From the human T2T-CHM13v2.0 reference genome, Homo sapiens: 64,000 nucleotides of DNA. The position numbers and the translations under genes are program-made. The stretch lies in assembly GCF_009914755.1 (NCBI RefSeq), contig NC_060938.1; one strand, 5' to 3'. Below, piece by piece: positions 57,875 to 64,000 of the stretch (position 1 is the first letter of the stretch; each line of letters starts with the position of its first letter). The notes beneath the pieces are model-generated. The model had not been told where the DNA came from. It saw only the letters and a program-made list of their open reading frames with translations, and did no database searches.

Positions 57875-58781
57875 CTTTGTGGTTTTATCTACTTTTGGTC
57901 TTTGATGATGGTGAGGTACTGATGGGTTTTTGCTGTGGATGTCCTTTCTGTTTGTTAGTTTTCCTTCTAACAAACAGGACCCTCAGCTGCACGTCTGTTG
58001 AAGTACCTGGCCATGTGAGGTGTCAGTCTGCCCCTGCTGGGTGGGTGCCTCCCAGTTAGGCTGCTCAGGGGTCAGGGGTCAGGGCCCCAGTTGAGGAGAC
58101 AGTCTGCCCATGCTTAGGTATCCAGCTGCGTGCTGGGAGAACCACTGCTCTCTTCAAAGCTGTCAGACAGGGACATTTACGTCTGCAGAGGTTACTGCTG
58201 ACTTTTTGTTTGTCTGTGTCCTGCCCCCAGAGGTGGAGCCTACAGAGGCAGGCAGGCCTCCTTGAGCTGAGGTGGGCTCCACCCATTTCGAGCTTCCCAG
58301 CTGCTTTGTTTACCTTAGCAAGCCTGGGCAATGGCGGGCGCCCCTCCCCTAGCCTCACTGCCTCCTTGCAGTTTGATCTCAGACAGCTGTGCTAGCAATC
58401 AGTGAGACTCCGTAGGCGTAGGACCCTCCAAGCCAGGTGCGGGATATAATCTCTTCGTGTGGCATTTTTTAAGCCCATGGGAAAAGCTCAGTATTCGGGT
58501 GGGAGTGACCTGAATTCTCGGTGCCGTATGTCACCCATTTCTTTGACTAGGAAAGGGAACTCCCTGACCCCTAGTCCTTCCCGAGTGAGGCAATGCCTCA
58601 CCCTGCTTTGGCTCTTGCACGGTGCACGCACCCACTGACCTGCTCCCACTGTCTGGCACTCACTAGTGAGATGAACCCGTTACCTCAGATGGAAATGCAG
58701 AAATCACCCGTCTTCTGCGTTGCTCACACAGGGTGCTGTAGTCCGGAGCTGTTCCTATTCAGCCATCTTGGTTCCTCTCCC
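57875..58781 (-). promoter_or_regulatory. L1 5' UTR internal promoter region with YY1 core (CAAGATGGC, 58762-58770); CpG-decayed
   Basis: Position upstream of ORF1 and sequence match to the L1PA 5' UTR; activity cannot be shown from sequence. Confidence 0.75.
58331..58546 (+). pseudogene. L1 antisense ORF0, premature stop
   Basis: ATG GCG GGC GCC CCT CCC... (MAGAPPLASLPPCSLISDSCASNQ) then TGA at 58403-58405; the usual end TTTCTTTGA falls at 58546, 216 bp from the ATG. Confidence 0.85.
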
Positions 58782-60742
58782 AGAACACTCTCTTTGTAGA
58801 ATCTGCAAGTGGACATTTGGAGAGCTTTGAGGCCTATGGTGGATAACAAAATATATTCATATAATAACTAGACAGAAGCATTCTAAGAAACTTCTTTGTG
58901 ATGTGTGCATTCATCCCACAGAGTTGAACCTTTCTTTTGATTTAGCAGTTTGGAAGCACTCTTTTTGTAAAATCTGCAAGTGGATATTTTGCGCACTTTT
59001 AGGCCTATGGTAAAAAGGAAATATCTTCGCATAAACACTAGACAGAAGCATTCTGACAACCTTCTTTGTGATATGTGCATTCATCCTACAGAGTTGAACC
59101 TTACTTTTGATTTAGCAGTTTTGAAGCCCCCTTTTGGTAAAATCTGTGATTGGACATTTGGAGTGCTTTGATGCCTTTGGTGGAAAAGGAAATATCGTCA
59201 CATAAGAACTAGACAGAAGCATTCTGACAAACTTCTTTGTGATGTGTGCATTCATCTCAGAGAGTTGAACATTTATTTTGATTGAGCAGGTTTGAAAACC
59301 TCTTTTACTGGAGTCTGCAAGTGGACATTTCTAGTGCTTTGAGTCTTATGGTAGAAAAGGAAATATCTTCACATAAAATCTAGACAGACACATTCTGACA
59401 AACACCTTTGTGATGTGTGCATTCATCTCACAGAGTTGAACGTTACTTTTGATTGAGCAGTTTTGAAACACTCTCTTTGTAGAATCTGCAAGTGGACATT
59501 TGGAGCTCTTTGAGGCCTGTGGTGGATAACGAAATATCTTCGTATAATAAAGAGAAAGAAGCATTCTGAGAAACTTCTTTGTAATGTGTGCACTCATCTC
59601 ACAGAGTTGAACCTTACTTTTAATTTAGCAGTGTGGAAACCCTCTTTTTGTAGAATCTGCAAGTGGACATTTGGAGCACTTTGAGGCCTATGGTAGAAAA
59701 GGAAATATCTTCACATAAAATATAGACAGAAGCAATCTTGGAAATTTCTTTGTGATGTGTGCATTCATCTCACAGAGTTAAACCTTTCTTTTGATTGAGC
59801 AGTTTTGAAACTCTCTTGTATTATCTGCAAGTGGACTTTTTGAGTGCTTTGTGGCCTATGGTGAAAAGGAATTAACTTCACATGTAATCTACAAGAAGCA
59901 ATCTGAGAAACTTCTTTGTGATGTGTGCATTCATCTCACAGAGTTAAACCTTTCTTTAGTTTGAGCAGTTTTGGAACAGTCTTTTTGTAGAATCTGCAAG
60001 TGGACACTTGTAGTGCTTTGAGGCCTACGGTGGAAAAGAAAGTATCTTCACATAAAAACTAGACAGAAGAATTCTGAAAAACTTATTTGTGATGTGTGTA
60101 TTCATCTCACAGAGTTGAACATTTCTTTTGATTGAACAGTTTGGAAACACTCTTTTTTCAGAATCTGAAAGTGGACATTTGGAGAGCTTTGCAGCCTATG
60201 GTCAAAAAGGAATTATCTTCACATAAAATATAGACAGAAGAAATCTGAGAAACTTCTTTGTGATGCGTGCATTCATCTCACAGAGTTAAACATTTCTTTT
60301 GATTGAGCAGTTTTGAAGCTCTCTTTTTGTAGAATCTGCAAGTGGACATTTGTAGCGCTTGAGGCCTATGGCGGAGGAGGAAGCATCTTCACATAAAAGC
60401 CAGACAGAAGAATTTTGTAAAACTTCTTTGTGAGGTGTGCATTCATCTCACAGAGCTGAAGCTTTCCTTTGATTATGCAGTTTGAAAGCACTCTTTTTGT
60501 AGAATCTACAAGTGGACATTTGGAGTGATTTGAAGCCTGTGGTAGAACTGGAAATATCTGGACATAAAATCTGGACAGAAGCCATCTGAGAAACTTCTTT
60601 GTGATGTGTGCATTCATCTCACAGAGTTGGATCTTTCTTTGATTGAGCTGTTTGGAAAAAATCTTTTTGTAGAATCTGCAAGTGGACATTTGGAGTGCTT
60701 GTGGCCTATGCTAGAAAAAGAAATATATTCACATAAAATCTA
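58782..60742 (+). repeat. Alpha satellite, ~11.5 monomers, inverted relative to both neighbouring alpha blocks
   Basis: GAATCTGCAAGTGGACATTTGGAG-type monomers; ends CACATAAAATCTA. Confidence 0.96.
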
Positions 60743-63700
60743 TGGATGAATGCACACATCACAAAGAAGTTTCTCAGATTGCTTTTGTCTAGATTTTATG
60801 TGAAGATATTTCCTTTTCTACCATAGGCCGCAAGGCGCTCCAAATGTCCAAAAGTAGATTCTATAAAAAGTGTTTCCACCTGCTCAAAGGAAAGATTCAA
60901 CTCTGTGAAATGAACGCACACATCACAAAGAAGTTTCTCAGAATTCTTCTGCCTATTTTTTATGTGAAGATATTTCCTTTTCCACCATGTGCCCCAAAGC
61001 GCTCCAAATGTTCACTTGCAGATTCGACAAAAAGAGAGTTTCAAAACTCCTCAACCAAAAGAAATGTTTAACTCCTTGAGTTGAAGGAACACATCACAAA
61101 GAAGTTTCTCAGATTGCTTTTGTCTAGATTTTATGTGAAGATATTTCCTTTTCTACCATAGGCCGCAAGGCGCTCCAAATGTCCAAAAGTAGATTCTATA
61201 AAAAGTGTTTCCAAACTGCTCAAAGGAAAGATTCAACTCTGTGAAATGAACGCACACATCACAAAGAAGTTTCTCAGAATTCTTCTGCCTATTTTTTATG
61301 TGAAGATATTTCCTTTTCCACCATGTGCCCCAAAGCGCTCCAAATGTTCACTTGCAGATTCGACAAAAAGAGAGTTTCAAAACTCCTCAACCAAAAGAAA
61401 TGTTTAACTCCTTGAGTTGAAGGAACACATCACAAAGAAGTTTCTCAGATTGCTTCTGTCCAGATTTTATGTGAAGATATTACCTTTTCTACCATATGCT
61501 GCAAAGTGCTCAAATGTCCGCTAGCAGAATCTATAAAAAGAGTGTTTCCAAACTGCTGTATCAAAGGAAAGATTCAACTCGGTGAGATGAATGTACACAT
61601 AACAAGGAAGTTTCTCAGAATTTTTCTGTCTAGTTTTTATGTGAAGATATTTCCTTTTCCACCATAGTCCTCAAAGCTCTTCAAATGTCCACTTGCAGAT
61701 TCTACAAAAAGAGAGTTTCAAAACTGTTCAATCAAAAGAAAGGTTTACCTCTGTGTTATGAATGCACACATCACAAAGAACTTTCTCAGATTGCTTCTGT
61801 CTAGATTTTATGTGAAGATACTTCCCTTTCTAACATGGCCGCAAGGTGCTCCAAATGTCCACTTGCAGATTCTACAAATAGAGTGTTTCCAAACTGCTCA
61901 ATCAAAAGAAAAGTGCAACTCTGTGAGGTAATGCACACATCACAAAGAAGTTTCTCAGAATTGTTCTGTCTAGTATTTATGTGAAGATATTTCCTTTTCC
62001 ACAGTAGGCCTCAAAGCACTGTAAATGTCCACTTGCAGATTCTACAAAAAGAGAGTTTCAAAACTGTTCAATCAAAAGAAAGGTTTACCTCTGTGTTATG
62101 AATGCACACATCACAAAGAACTTTCTCAGATTGCTTCTGTCTAGATTTTATGTGAGGATATTTCCTTTTCTAACATGGGCCACAAGGTGCTCCAAATATC
62201 TACGTGCAGAGTCTACAAAAAAAGTGTTTCCAAACTGCTCAATCAAAAGAAAGGTTCAACTCTGTGAGGTAATGCGCACATCACAAAAAGTTTCTCAGAA
62301 TTCTTCTGTCTAGTATTTATGTGAAGATATTCCCTTTTCCCCAATAGGCCTCAAAGTGCTCTAAATGTCCACTTCCAGATTCTACAAAAGGAGAGTTTCA
62401 AAACTGCTTAGTCAAAAGAAGGGTTTAACTCTATGAGATGAATGCACTCATCACAAGGAAGTTTCTCAGATTGCTTTTGTCTAGATTTTATGTGAAGATA
62501 TTTCCTTTTCTAACATAGGCCACAAAGCGCTCCAAATGTCCAAAAGTAGATTCTATAAAAAGAGTGTTTCCAAACTGCTCAAATCAAAGGAAAGATTCAA
62601 CTCTGTCAATTGAATGCAGACATCACAAAGAAGTTTCTCAGAATTCTTCTGCCTAGTGTTTATGTGAAGATATTTCCATTTCCACCATGGGCCCCAAAGC
62701 GTTCCAAATGTCCACTTGCAGATTCTACAAAAAGAGTGTTTCCAAACTGCTGAATCAAAAGAAAGGTTCAACTCTGTGAGATGAATGCACACATCACAAA
62801 GAAGTTTCTCAGAATTCTTCTATCTTGTTTTCATATAAAGGTATTTCTTTTTAGACCGTAGGCCTCAAAGCGCTCCAAATGTCCACTTGCAGATTCTGCA
62901 AAAAGAGATTTTCAAAACTGCTCAATCTAAAGTAAGGTTTAACTCTGTGAGATGAATGTACTCATCACAAAGAAGTTTCTCGGATTGCTTCTGTCTAGAT
63001 TTTATGTGAAGATATTTCCTTTTCTACCATAGGCCGCAAAGCACTCCAAATCTCCACTTGCAGATTCTACAAAATGAGTGCTTCCAAACTGCTCAATCAA
63101 AAGAAGTGTTCAACTCTGTGAGATGAACACACACATTCCAAAGACGTTTCTCAGAATTCTTCTGTCTAGTTTTTATGTGTAGAAATTTCATTTTCCACCA
63201 TAGGCCTCAAGGCGCTCGAAACGTCCACATGCAGACTCTACAAAAAAGTATTTCCAAACTGGTCCATCAAAAGAAAGTTTCAACTCTGGGAGATGAATGC
63301 ACACATCACTAAGAAGGTCTCAGAATGATTCTATGTAGTTTTTATGTGAAGACATTTCCTTTTCAAACATAGGCCTCTAAGCGCTTCAAATTTCCCTTGC
63401 AGATTCTACAAAAATAGTGTTTCAAAACTGCTCAATCAAAAGAAAAGTTCAACTCTGTGAGATGAATGCACACATCACAAAGTAGTTTCTCAGAATTATC
63501 CTGTCTAGTTTTTTGTGAAGATATTTCCTTTTCCACTATAGGCGTCAAAGCGCTCCAGATGTCGAACTGCAGATCCTACAAAAAGAGAGTTTAAAAACTG
63601 CTCAATCAAAAGAAAGGTTTAACTCTCTGAGATGCATGCACACATCACAATGTAGTTTCTCAGGTTGCTTCTGTCTAGATTTCATGTGAAGATATTTCCT

Positions 63701-64000
63701 TTTTCTACCATAGGCTGCAAATCGCTCCAATTGTCCACTTGCAGATTCTAAAAAAAGAGTGTTTCCAAACTGCTTAATCAAAATAAAGGTACAACTACGT
63801 GAGATGAACCCCCACATCACAAAGAAGTTTCTCAGAATTCTTCTGTCCAGTTTTATATGAAGATATTAACTTCCCACCATAGGCATCAAAGTGCTCCAAA
63901 AGTTCACTTGCAGATTCTACAAAAAGAGTGTTTCAAAACTGCTCAATCAAAAAAAAAGTTTACCTCTGTGAGATGAATGCCCACATCACCAAGAAGTTTC
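60743..64000 (-). repeat. Alpha satellite, reverse orientation, dimer-patterned; continues past the right edge
   Basis: Alternating CAGATTGCTT..TCTAGATTTT and CAGAATTCTT..TAGTTTTT monomers, with AAATGTCCACTTGC. Confidence 0.96.
60754..61454 (-). repeat. Near-perfect ~335-bp (2-monomer) tandem duplication
   Basis: GCTTTTGTCTAGATTTT...GTCCAAAAGTAGATTCTATAAAAAGTG at 60781 and 61116, sharing small deletions and CCTTGAGTTGAAGGAAC. Confidence 0.93.

Overview
Non-coding primate (human or great-ape type) pericentromeric heterochromatin; I find no cellular gene. Bases 1-7258 are a diverged (CATTC/CACTC)n HSat3-type satellite. It carries four ~65-bp Alu-derived spacers, one split by a full-length AluY with a 16-bp TSD. 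The rest is diverged monomeric alpha satellite (~171 bp, pJalpha-type box, no CENP-B box seen) in four orientation blocks: + 7256-24613, - 24614-52746, + 58782-60742, - 60743-64000. Five L1PA insertions interrupt it: three 5'-truncated (two with probable short 3' transductions), one 5'-inverted, and one full-length dead L1PA3-like copy lacking a TSD and lying on an orientation and monomer-type boundary. All listed ORFs are satellite artefacts or L1/Alu remnants. I see no new protein-coding system. The best leads are structural: the Alu-derived HSat3 spacers, several breakpoints at the same alpha monomer position, a probably chimeric L1, and remnant higher-order periodicities. Coordinates and alignments were read by eye, so expect errors of a few bases; subfamily calls are from recalled consensus sequences.
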